This document shows, piece after piece, positions 55,478-64,000 of a stretch of 64,000 bases of DNA; within the stretch, counting starts at the first letter, position 1; every line of letters starts with the position of its first letter. The translations under genes were made by a program, and so were the position numbers. The stretch covers positions 672,001 through 736,000 of the forward strand of contig OZ242365.1 in the NCBI GenBank assembly GCA_965208905.1, given 5' to 3'. Below the pieces are notes generated by a model. It searched no databases, was not told the origin of the DNA, and was given only the letters and a program-made list of their open reading frames with translations. Source of the DNA: Nitrosopumilaceae archaeon (GTDB lineage Archaea; Thermoproteota; Nitrososphaeria; Nitrososphaerales; Nitrosopumilaceae).

Positions 55478-56440
55478 ATGAAGTGTTATATTTTGCTGAT
55501 GGTACTGTTATTGGTACCATTTGTATCTATATCGTATGCTGATTTAGAATTATATACTAACAGTAAGGTGTACACTACCGGCCAGCCGTTATTTGTATTT
55601 GGACAAACTTCTCCTCATGATAGTGTAGTAATACGGGTGCTTGGACCTGATGATGCCATTATTAGGTTTGATCAGATAACTGCAGAGCCGGACGGCTCAT
55701 ATCAGTATATTGTATTGACATGGCCCGAGGCCACCGTAACTTTTCCGTATGGGACGTATACAATTGAAGCTATAAGTACACAACAGAGTGATGAGTCCAG
55801 CTTGATTAATGTACGGTTTGCCGAGTCTTCAGAACTGGTAGAGACTCCAGTTGAGCGCAGTATACAGATGTTGATATTTGCCCCCGATATGGCTGCGGTA
55901 GGCGACACATTGCGCGTCTTTGTCCAGACTACCAGCGATGGGCTGTTAGTGGGGAACAATCCTGACTCTTTACTGGGAACTACCCATGTCCATCTACCAG
56001 ATGATACTGTGCATGATATCAGTGATAGCTTTGAGGCTCTACATAGGGGTCTATTCTATGCCGACTATACACCACATCAGGAAGGAACATACGTGTTTCA
56101 TGCCGTTGCGTTTAGCCAGGGCACAATATCGCATGGTTCTGCAGCTACTACAGTCTTGAAGCAAGACATTGGCGATATATCTGATCAAATTATACATCTA
56201 AACACAATACTTGCAGAGACATCTACTGAACTCGAACAACTAAAGGCAGAAGTGTCCGAGTTCAAAGGGACGCTGGAGCAGGCCAGTGATAGAATTGATA
56301 CCAGTGTAACTTCAGTATCTGAATCTGTCTCGAATATAGAGGAGGCATCCTCACAGTTAAACTCAATCTTCTTTCCTGTTGTTGCATTGATAGGTGTGAT
56401 TGTAGCACTACAGATTGCCACACTGGCTCGTAGCCGATGA
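55478..56440 (+). CDS. Exported protein with beta domains, coiled-coil stalk and C-terminal TM anchor (SlaB-like candidate)
   Basis: Signal peptide, heptad region ISDQIIHL..IEEASSQLN, terminal hydrophobic helix followed by ARSR. Confidence 0.75.
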   Translation: MKCYILLMVLLLVPFVSISYADLELYTNSKVYTTGQPLFVFGQTSPHDSVVIRVLGPDDAIIRFDQITAEPDGSYQYIVLTWPEATVTFPYGTYTIEAISTQQSDESSLINVRFAESSELVETPVERSIQMLIFAPDMAAVGDTLRVFVQTTSDGLLVGNNPDSLLGTTHVHLPDDTVHDISDSFEALHRGLFYADYTPHQEGTYVFHAVAFSQGTISHGSAATTVLKQDIGDISDQIIHLNTILAETSTELEQLKAEVSEFKGTLEQASDRIDTSVTSVSESVSNIEEASSQLNSIFFPVVALIGVIVALQIATLARSR

Positions 56441-56479
56441 TATGTTATGTGCGGCGTTTTATATCATTCTTTATGGGAA

Positions 56480-57832
56480 TTATATAGATAAGAACACAGC
56501 CACAGATGCGCGCTTATCCCTTTTCTGACGACTTCGTTGTATGGAGTGGAGCATGGCGGGTGTTGGCTTGTAGCCCTCCTTGTGCCCCGGCCGTCTTAGG
56601 ACGACATTCCCCGCCGCCCGATACAGAATGTTCCAGGCGGCATTGACATCCGCGTGGAATACCCTGGTACAATTAGTGCAAATGAATTTGTCGCGTGATA
56701 TACGCGACTCTGAATCTACGTGATCACACACATGGCACGTCTGGCTCGTATATTTGGCCGATGCCCCCAACAGCGGTATGTTGTGTATCTCACACCACTG
56801 CGCAAGCTTGCGCAGGAACTCCCCAACACGGTTCTCCCGCATTGAACGGTTCATGGCGCGTTTGTAATTCCCGCCATGTGTGGTCATGTCTTTTACGGAG
56901 AACGACTCGACCACAATTGCGTCCACACCATTAGTTATCTGCGCAATCGTCTGATTTATCGTGTTCGCAGCTATGTTGTTGGCCTTCCTGTATAGCCGCC
57001 TTATTTGGTCATTCAATACACACCACTTCCGGCCATGCCGTACCTTGTGGTCACGAAGGTTCTTGAGCGCGTCAATCTCCCGCAGGATTGCTCTATGGCG
57101 TGTGTTGTGTATTGTAACATTGCCATTTGTGTCGACGGTAACTGCCAAGTGCTTGCAGCCCACATCGACACCACGCATTACACCAGTATTGCGGTGCGGC
57201 TCGACCGGGACGCGCACGGCGATATGCAGCTCAAACATGTGGTCTGACGGCTTTGTATGCTTGTCCACCCGTTTGGTGACATCAACTATCTTGAATGAGC
57301 GCATGTCCCATGATACAGCGATGGGCTTGGCGGTCTCTACAATACCATATCCGGGGATATGGATGGTGTGCTCACCTTTTCTTACCGGCGGATTTATACA
57401 GCTAAGTATGATGCGGCCGTCTTTGCGGCGGTACGGCGCGTGGTCTGAGTTGTCATCTATAACCCTTCTACATGCGACGGAGGCATCCTGTATGGCGCCC
57501 CTGCCAAACGATGCGGGGTACTCGCGCAGCCATGTATGTTTGGCGCGCCACCCCGTAAGCTGCTTGAACATGCCATACTTTAATGCCCTCTTTGACGGCC
57601 CAAAATCATATGTATGGTAGTCATCGTCCAACGTACCTGATGTAAAATCCAGCTTGCCCGGTAGTTTGAAGGGCTGCAGGATGTCCACTACCACCCTCCC
57701 CATATATTCACCACCAAACAAATACTCTGATACGGCGCGGTTGTACACATGTCTGGATACATGGCCCATACGGTGCACCCACTCTGCAAACAACACATCC
57801 CTTCGTAGCGGTACCTTGACTATCCGTATCAT
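56480..57832 (-). CDS. tnpB: TnpB RNA-guided endonuclease (second, divergent; no adjacent TnpA)
   Basis: RHVYN, RuvC GVDVG / IVVE / HADVNAAWNI, YTSQTCHVC..CTNC. Confidence 0.92.
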   Translation of the reverse strand: MIRIVKVPLRRDVLFAEWVHRMGHVSRHVYNRAVSEYLFGGEYMGRVVVDILQPFKLPGKLDFTSGTLDDDYHTYDFGPSKRALKYGMFKQLTGWRAKHTWLREYPASFGRGAIQDASVACRRVIDDNSDHAPYRRKDGRIILSCINPPVRKGEHTIHIPGYGIVETAKPIAVSWDMRSFKIVDVTKRVDKHTKPSDHMFELHIAVRVPVEPHRNTGVMRGVDVGCKHLAVTVDTNGNVTIHNTRHRAILREIDALKNLRDHKVRHGRKWCVLNDQIRRLYRKANNIAANTINQTIAQITNGVDAIVVESFSVKDMTTHGGNYKRAMNRSMRENRVGEFLRKLAQWCEIHNIPLLGASAKYTSQTCHVCDHVDSESRISRDKFICTNCTRVFHADVNAAWNILYRAAGNVVLRRPGHKEGYKPTPAMLHSIQRSRQKRDKRASVAVFLSI

Positions 57833-58219
57833 GATGTGTAATACGGTATACTGGTATTTAAGGAAGAATGTGGCGCATAGGCATGAAATCCATGGTGGTT
57901 TAGGCGTTAACCAAAACCTCCACAGGTGTGTTCTAATCTATATAATTCCCTTCTTTATCATGTATAGAATATCTTGCGCAGTCTTTATGCCGCATGTCAC
58001 ATCATGTGTAGTGGGCATATCTTCTATGCTGGGATATCTTGCTACTATCCATGATGAGATTATGTCCCATTCGTATTGTACACGTTTGATATCCCAGCCA
58101 TCAGGTACTGAATCTATTTTGACGAACTCGTCAGTATCTTGACGTGTATTTTTGTATGCGGTTGGAGTGGACCCCATAGAATGTTACTGTTTTCGGCATG
58201 ATTTTACATACATCTTCCA

Positions 58220-59077
58220 TCATTTATTTGTCATCTCCAACTGTTCGGCAAATTCTACTGGTGTCATGTATCCGATAGAGGAATGAATCCTCTCGGTGTT
58301 GTAATCTACAAAGGCCTTTGCAATGATCGTCTCTGCCTCCTGATAGTTCGCAAACTCGTGCGGCCAGATGTATTCCTTTTTCAGCGTCTTGTGAAATGAT
58401 TCGACATGTCCGTTCTGCTCCGGCGTATTCTTGTAGATGAATTCATGTTTGCCGATGCCAAGGGCCTGAACCGCATGTCTAAAGTCGCGGCTCGTATACT
58501 GGTTGCCGTTGTCCGTACGCAATCGTAATTGTGAGCAGTCAGGTTTCTCTGCGGCAACCGCGTTGGTGATTGAGGTGATTGCAATGTCTCGTGTGGCATT
58601 GACATCAAACGCGTAGGCGATCCACTTGCGCGTAAAGCAGTCAATTACGTTGAAGCAGTAGCACCAGCCGTCTATACCGCACCAGATGTATGTGATGTCC
58701 GTCTCCCACAACTGGTGTGGGGCTTTGGGTTTGAAGAGCTTTTGACCCGCTCGAATGATGTCGTTTTTGGTATTTTGTGGCTGGATGTAGCCCATTTTGC
58801 GATATATCCGCTGTATCTGCTTGCGGTTCACCACAATTCCCGTATCGCGCGTTATCTGGGCCGCCATGCGCCGTGTGCCGTACGTGGGCCTCTTTCTGCT
58901 CGTATCTAGCACAGTGCTCAATATATCCGGATTCAATCCCATGTCTCTGGGCTTGGGTTTGTAGTACCATTGGCGCCTGGATACGCCCGCATACCCTAGC
59001 GACTTGCGCAGGCTCAAATGTTGTTCCTGCATGATTTTTACCGCGTTCAATCGTTGCTTGCCTCCAAGGTTTTTTTT
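58220..59077 (-). CDS. IS3 transposase OrfB (rve/DDE), expressed via a -1 frameshift
   Basis: YGTRR, WETDITY, RTDNGNQY, PEQNGHVESFHKTLKKE, YNTERIHSSIGY; A8 slippery run at 59070-59077. Confidence 0.93.
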   Translation of the reverse strand, partial: KKNLGGKQRLNAVKIMQEQHLSLRKSLGYAGVSRRQWYYKPKPRDMGLNPDILSTVLDTSRKRPTYGTRRMAAQITRDTGIVVNRKQIQRIYRKMGYIQPQNTKNDIIRAGQKLFKPKAPHQLWETDITYIWCGIDGWCYCFNVIDCFTRKWIAYAFDVNATRDIAITSITNAVAAEKPDCSQLRLRTDNGNQYTSRDFRHAVQALGIGKHEFIYKNTPEQNGHVESFHKTLKKEYIWPHEFANYQEAETIIAKAFVDYNTERIHSSIGYMTPVEFAEQLEMTNK

Positions 59078-59337
59078 AAAGCGTCGTTTGCGATTGTCAG
59101 ATCCCCTATGATTCGCTTTAGGTCGCCGTTCTCCTTTTTGATGGCCTTTATCGGATCCTTCTTTCCGTGATGGGTCAGTCCGGACTTGCCTGCGTCCATG
59201 AACTTTTGCCGCCAGGCTTGAAACGTTTGGGGATGAACGTTGTGCTTGCGGCACAGCTCGGCCGTGCCAATATTGGTCTTGATTGATTCCAAAACGATCT
59301 GGATCTTTTGGTCTGGAGTAAACTTTGTTCTTACCAT
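59047..59337 (-). CDS. IS3 transposase OrfA (HTH)
   Basis: FTPDQKIQIV..ELCRKHNV..WR..ENGDLKRIIGDL..DALKK. Confidence 0.93.
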   Translation of the reverse strand: MVRTKFTPDQKIQIVLESIKTNIGTAELCRKHNVHPQTFQAWRQKFMDAGKSGLTHHGKKDPIKAIKKENGDLKRIIGDLTIANDALKKTLEASND

Positions 59338-59511
59338 GGCATCATCCCTCCCATTACGACTTTAAGCTGTATGAACGTGAGTGTTCTCATTCTAGCGGGG
59401 TCCCCACCACGGTGTGTGGCAGTTCATTACCATCCTGATCCATGACATAAGCGACACATGAACGCTTTCCTATATCGATTCCAATACATGTTTTAATTTT
59501 TGTTATATTTT

Positions 59512-59709
59512 TCACCTCCTTTTTTCACAATACTGGCAAGCAGGTGACTGCACTGATACATCAGAACTGCCCGCATTATCGCAGATAACCGGCGCCCACA
59601 AAAGTTGCAGCTAAATTCGCCCCATTCACTATTGAGGGCTCGAAGCCCATGTTTATGCAGGGGTCTGCCCACCATACGTGCCTTTAGATGATCTGACATT
59701 TACTTACTC
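59512..59709 (-). ncRNA. IS110 non-coding left end, candidate bridge RNA (copy 1)
   Basis: Collinear homologue of 63777-63971; lies directly upstream of the IS110 remnant. Confidence 0.65.
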
Positions 59710-59804
59710 TCACTAATGCACAACACATCTGTCGTACCATATACTCACATATACCAACATGTCCAGACACCACATATTACAGTGGCACAACTTCATCAAT
59801 CGTA

Positions 59805-60674
59805 CTATTTGTCATCGTCATCATCACCCAAAAAGATATCCATGCCAACTTCAGAAGCCTTCTGATATACGGCATCTAAGGCATCCATAAAGGACTCCTC
59901 ACTTCTCCAAAATGAAAGGCTGCCCAGTTGGCGAGGGAGGGATATGGACACTTCTGGTATGAATGCAGGGTGTGTCGGTACCATGCCATGTACACCTTTG
60001 CCCCAGAATGCATCCATGTCGACTGGAAGATCCTCATTCTTTGGAGCTTTCGGGGCCAGTATGGATACATCGGTATCGTGTTTAACATCTGAGAACGCAC
60101 TTACACCCATCATATCAAGTAAGTCCTTGGGGTCCATGCCCCTCACCCGCAGTATCAGAAGTGGTTCCAGATCAAAGCGCTCGGATACTATCAAATATAC
60201 CGCCGCTATATGTTTACAGGGATTGGCCCAGTCCCAGCAATTACAGTCAGTCTTTAGGTCATCGGGAAAGAGTGAAAGACCCACATCGCTAAAGACACTC
60301 TCCAGCTCTTCAGGCATCTGACCAGCCATCATCTTGGCGGCAATGACAGGTCTTGCCATCAACGAGTCTGCCACTTTCTTCCACTCGTCGGTACCCAGAC
60401 GTTTTACATTTATAGATACCTTGTACGGTTGGGACTCTGAGCCATACACGTCTCCATACACGCCACCCTTCTTCACATCTATTGACTCAACCTGGCCGCG
60501 GCGAGCGTATGAGCGAGCCCGGGCGAGTCGGCTATCATCTATTTTTTTATACAATATATCATTCCATCTCTTACCCCACCAGGTTCTAGCAGACTCACCG
60601 CGCTTTGACTGCAGTTTTATACCACCCTTGACCTTTTTGAGGCTACGAGATGTGTAATAATATCCGCCCCACAC
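59805..60674 (-). CDS. SWIM zinc-finger protein (SNF2 partner)
   Basis: WWGKRW, RL.RARSYARRGQV, CNCWDWANPCKHIAA, DLEPLLILRVRG. Confidence 0.92.
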   Translation of the reverse strand: MWGGYYYTSRSLKKVKGGIKLQSKRGESARTWWGKRWNDILYKKIDDSRLARARSYARRGQVESIDVKKGGVYGDVYGSESQPYKVSINVKRLGTDEWKKVADSLMARPVIAAKMMAGQMPEELESVFSDVGLSLFPDDLKTDCNCWDWANPCKHIAAVYLIVSERFDLEPLLILRVRGMDPKDLLDMMGVSAFSDVKHDTDVSILAPKAPKNEDLPVDMDAFWGKGVHGMVPTHPAFIPEVSISLPRQLGSLSFWRSEESFMDALDAVYQKASEVGMDIFLGDDDDDK

Positions 60675-63667
60675 TATGCCATCGCCTCCCGACTCAATGC
60701 TAGTACCTCGCGCAACTCTTCATTGGACATATTGGCAATCCATCCTTCACCAGTACCAACTACACTTCCGGCTATCTGTTTCTTTTGTTCGATCATTTTA
60801 TCTATCTTCTCTTCAAGCGTACCAATACACATCATCTTGCGCACCTGCACGTTTTTGGTCTGACCTATGCGAAAAGCCCGGTCAGTGGCCTGGTCTTCAA
60901 CGGCGGGGTTCCACCACCGATCAAAGTGGAACACATGATTGGCGGCAGTCAGATTCAGACCTGTTCCGCCAGCCTTTAGAGATACAACAAACACCTGTAT
61001 TGCATCATCACCACTAAAGCGTTCCACCATAATGTCACGCTGTCGCCGCGGCGTGCCCCCATGTAGGAATAACACCTCACGACCAAATGTCTCCTGAATG
61101 TGTTGCTTTATGATGTTGCCCATCTCCACAAATTGAGTGAATATCAGGGCCTTGTCGCCGGTCTCTATCACCTCCTCAAGCATCTGTATGAGTCTGTCCA
61201 GCTTACCAGAGCGTTTTGGTATTGCAGAGTTATCTCTTAGGAAGTGGGCCGGATGATTGCACACCTGTTTGAGTTTGATAAGCGCTCCTAGAATTGCACC
61301 CTTTCGCCCCATGCCCTCGGACTCCAATATGGCATTCTCTACATCCTGTAGCACGGAAGCATATAGTGTGGTCTGCTCCTTTGTCAGGGCGCAGTACTCT
61401 TTAATCTCAATCTTATCGGGCAGATCTGATATTACAGACTTGTCGGTCTTGAGTCTGCGCAGTATAAACGGACCGGTAGCCCGCCGGAGCCTATTGATTG
61501 CCTCCTCGCCTTGGCCAGCCTTTATGGGACGTATAAAGTTCTTTTGGAACTGTTCTAGTCCGCCCAAAAATCCCGCATTCAGAAACTCCATTATGGACCA
61601 CAAATCCGCCACGCCATTCTCGACCGGCGTGCCGGTCAGGGCAAACTTATAGTCTGCCGTAATGGAACGTATCACCTGTGCCTGTTTGGCGTATGGGTTC
61701 TTGATATTCTGAGCCTCATCAGCCACAATACCACTCCATTCCACACCTCGTATTGTGTCAACATCACGTCTTAGTGTGCCATAACTTGTAACAACTAGAG
61801 CATGGCTAGCAGCGTCCTTGGCAAATGTATCAGACTTTGTCCTAGAAGATCCATGATGTATCATGACCGGCATGTTGGGCGTGAAACGAGCAGCCTCCCG
61901 TTTCCAGTTATTAATTACGGATGTGGGACATACCAACAAGGCCGGCCTACCCTCTCTTCCCTCCACATCCCGTTGTATCATGGTCAGTGTCTGAACCGTC
62001 TTTCCCAGGCCCATGTCATCTGCCAGGCATCCGCCCAATCCCAAATCTCGCAGGAATGACAGCCATGCATACCCCCGTCGCTGATATGGCCGGAGCTCTC
62101 CAGTAAAGTGTTTGGGCAGATTTGGTTCTTGTATGGTTGCCTGTCCATTCAATCTTTCTATTATATCAGTAATTGTATCTGCGGATGATACCCCGCCCCA
62201 CTCCAGATCCGCAGGCATATCGCCCATTCCCAGATCCATTTTAATCATGTCTTGCAGAGATCTTTTGTTACCACCCTTCTTTAACAAGCGTATGGCAGAG
62301 CGTATCTCTTTGTGACTCACCACAGCCCATTGACCCCGCATTCTCACAAGTGGTGACTTTAGTGCAGCCATCGCCTCCAATTCCTCGATAGACATAGTCT
62401 GATCCCCCAGTGCCACTTCCCAGTCAAATTGCATCACACTGTCCAATGTCAACATGCCCGAACTTTGATTGGTGGCGCGCTGCATATTGGCCCTGGCGGT
62501 CAGCCGCCGGGTCTTATCACGTCCCATCCACCACGCGGGAAGTATAACTCCATATCCTGCCTTACTGAGGGCCTCGGCATCACGGGTCAAAAATTGGTAG
62601 GCGCCACCTGCGCTGGTCGTATACCCCACAGGCCCATCCTTTGTTATTCCATTTGATATGTCCGGGCAGATGCTGGCAGCCTGTCCCAAGGCAAGCAGTA
62701 TGTGGCCTCGTATATCCGACTCTTTAGAGTTCCATACTGTGTCGGCGGGCACCAGTAGGCTGGGGTCATCGTTGGGTTGCACCAAATATCGCACAGTCCA
62801 TTTACCGTGATCTTTGTCGGGTTCTTCAATACGAAAGCATATTCGAAAGGACGAGCCTGCCATTACGCCTATAGGTGCCTGCCATTCGCGTATCTGGCCC
62901 ACCAGAGTCTGTACTCCCTCGGCAGTACCGGATATCGTGTTGTTGTTGGAGCGCAGCGAATGCAGCCACGCATCATGGTCACTGTCAAAGCGGGCACGGT
63001 GACGTCGATAACTCTTAGAGTCCGAGTGTACTGTGCGTACCAGATAATCAGTCATGTTCGATATTACATTCCACAACACTGTGACCGCGGGCTGAAAGAT
63101 AGTTTCCTTGTCTTCGCCCCATGTCAGGGCGCGCCCCGATGCGGGCATTTTGGCAGCGGCCACATCCATCCATTCGGCATCCTCACCCACAAATGCAGGA
63201 TTCCATACCCCCTTATACTTTTCATCAAAATGGGGTATGGCATCGGGCAGATACTGCTGTCTTGCAACCATTGAGATGGCCTGCCGTAATATGTGTGTCC
63301 ACCACGCCATATCTTCACCCACTATAACGCCATCTTTCAGAGTTCTCTTGCCATATGCCGTGCTCAATATCGCTATACTTTCGGCCATAGAGAGGCTTAG
63401 AGTTGCAACCTTCCAGGGAGCAATACGTTTTGGTGTCGCGCTCATTTCACCAAGCATGCCACTAGAAGGTACCGGGGCATCATCCGCGGTGGGAAGCCAT
63501 GCCACTGCCACTGCATCCTTACTCTTCTTTAGTATTGGAGATGTCTCCCGGAGCTCGTCAGTGGTAGCCGACAAAGGATGTTTGCCTTTTTTGGCTTTCG
63601 AGTCTTTGGATTTTTCAGCCCAGAGTACAAGCGAGTCCAGTATATTGGCCATATGTAGTATTAACAT
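60674..63667 (-). CDS. SNF2-family helicase/translocase with a DUF3670-like N-terminal region
   Basis: LRPYQ, LADDMGLGKT, DEAQNIKN, LTGTPVEN, LKQVCNHP, SGK, DRWWNPAVEDQATDRAFRIGQ. Confidence 0.96.
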   Translation of the reverse strand: MLILHMANILDSLVLWAEKSKDSKAKKGKHPLSATTDELRETSPILKKSKDAVAVAWLPTADDAPVPSSGMLGEMSATPKRIAPWKVATLSLSMAESIAILSTAYGKRTLKDGVIVGEDMAWWTHILRQAISMVARQQYLPDAIPHFDEKYKGVWNPAFVGEDAEWMDVAAAKMPASGRALTWGEDKETIFQPAVTVLWNVISNMTDYLVRTVHSDSKSYRRHRARFDSDHDAWLHSLRSNNNTISGTAEGVQTLVGQIREWQAPIGVMAGSSFRICFRIEEPDKDHGKWTVRYLVQPNDDPSLLVPADTVWNSKESDIRGHILLALGQAASICPDISNGITKDGPVGYTTSAGGAYQFLTRDAEALSKAGYGVILPAWWMGRDKTRRLTARANMQRATNQSSGMLTLDSVMQFDWEVALGDQTMSIEELEAMAALKSPLVRMRGQWAVVSHKEIRSAIRLLKKGGNKRSLQDMIKMDLGMGDMPADLEWGGVSSADTITDIIERLNGQATIQEPNLPKHFTGELRPYQRRGYAWLSFLRDLGLGGCLADDMGLGKTVQTLTMIQRDVEGREGRPALLVCPTSVINNWKREAARFTPNMPVMIHHGSSRTKSDTFAKDAASHALVVTSYGTLRRDVDTIRGVEWSGIVADEAQNIKNPYAKQAQVIRSITADYKFALTGTPVENGVADLWSIMEFLNAGFLGGLEQFQKNFIRPIKAGQGEEAINRLRRATGPFILRRLKTDKSVISDLPDKIEIKEYCALTKEQTTLYASVLQDVENAILESEGMGRKGAILGALIKLKQVCNHPAHFLRDNSAIPKRSGKLDRLIQMLEEVIETGDKALIFTQFVEMGNIIKQHIQETFGREVLFLHGGTPRRQRDIMVERFSGDDAIQVFVVSLKAGGTGLNLTAANHVFHFDRWWNPAVEDQATDRAFRIGQTKNVQVRKMMCIGTLEEKIDKMIEQKKQIAGSVVGTGEGWIANMSNEELREVLALSREAMA

Positions 63668-63776
63668 GTTATGAGATCACACATGTATGATATTTCAAAG
63701 TATCTTTTAATGGACCTGTTCAATCTTCAACTGATCCTCCAAATCACTCAAAAATACCAAAAAACAATCGTACTTG

Positions 63777-64000
63777 AAAGTAAATGTTAGTCCATCCAAA
63801 GACACGTATGTCGGGCAGACCTCTTACTGACAATTGACTTCGAGTCCTCGTACTTGAATGGGGCGAATTGAGCTGCGACTTTTGTGGGCGTCGGTTATCC
63901 GAGAGGATGCAGGCAGCTCTTATGTATCATTGCAGTCGCCTGCTTGCCGGTACTGTGAAAAAAGGAGGTGAGTGTGTACCTCTAATGCTCACAAGCACAT
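63777..64000 (+). ncRNA. IS110 non-coding left end, candidate bridge RNA (copy 2); the element continues beyond the window
   Basis: Homologous to the reverse complement of 59512-59709; ends in AAAAAGGAGGTGA followed by GTG TGT ACC TCT AAT GCT CAC AAG CAC. Confidence 0.62.

Larger units (their letters stand above)
58163..59409 (-). mobile_element. IS3-family insertion sequence (1247 bp)
   Basis: TG..CA ends; imperfect IRs TGGAGTGGACCCCATAGAATG / TGGTGGGGACCCCGCTAGAATG; CGGT duplicated at 58159-58162 and 59410-59413. Confidence 0.92.
57938..59506 (-). pseudogene. IS110-family recombinase N-terminal remnant interrupted by IS3
   Basis: Removing IS3 and one TSD copy gives ITKIKTCIGIDIGKRSCVAYVMDQDGNELPHTAYKNTRQDTDEFVK; SD GGAGGTGA at 59512-59519 precedes an ATA codon. 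Confidence 0.72.

Noticed and set aside
59078-59254. N-terminal extension of the IS3 OrfB ORF
   Set aside because: It overlaps OrfA out of frame upstream of the slippery site and is not expected to be translated.

Overview
Chromosomal window from an ammonia-oxidising archaeon (Nitrososphaerota/Thaumarchaeota, Nitrosopumilaceae-like). The call rests on TBP, thermosome, rpL44e/rpS27e, 4-hydroxybutyryl-CoA dehydratase, a cobalamin cluster and SlaA-type S-layer genes. Expanded secreted beta-propeller repeat proteins and many IS relics suggest a host-associated, Cenarchaeum-like lineage (inference). Main hidden signals: (1) a complete 2.1-kb IS1595 element (24-bp TIRs, 8-bp TSD, 3271-5401) carrying a tRNA gene with a serine-type body but a Leu (CAA) anticodon; (2) two diverged copies of a ~200-nt IS110-type non-coding left end (59512-59709 minus, 63777-63971 plus), each with a variable segment matching its own flank, i.e. 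candidate bridge RNAs, bracketing a SWIM-SNF2 pair; (3) an S-layer paralogue whose C-terminus is replaced by cupredoxin, PsbP-like and transglutaminase-like domains. Also present: two solo TnpB genes plus TnpB/TnpA relics, an IS3 nested in an IS110 remnant, and an AbiE-like type IV toxin-antitoxin pair. All calls are by eye; no searches were run.
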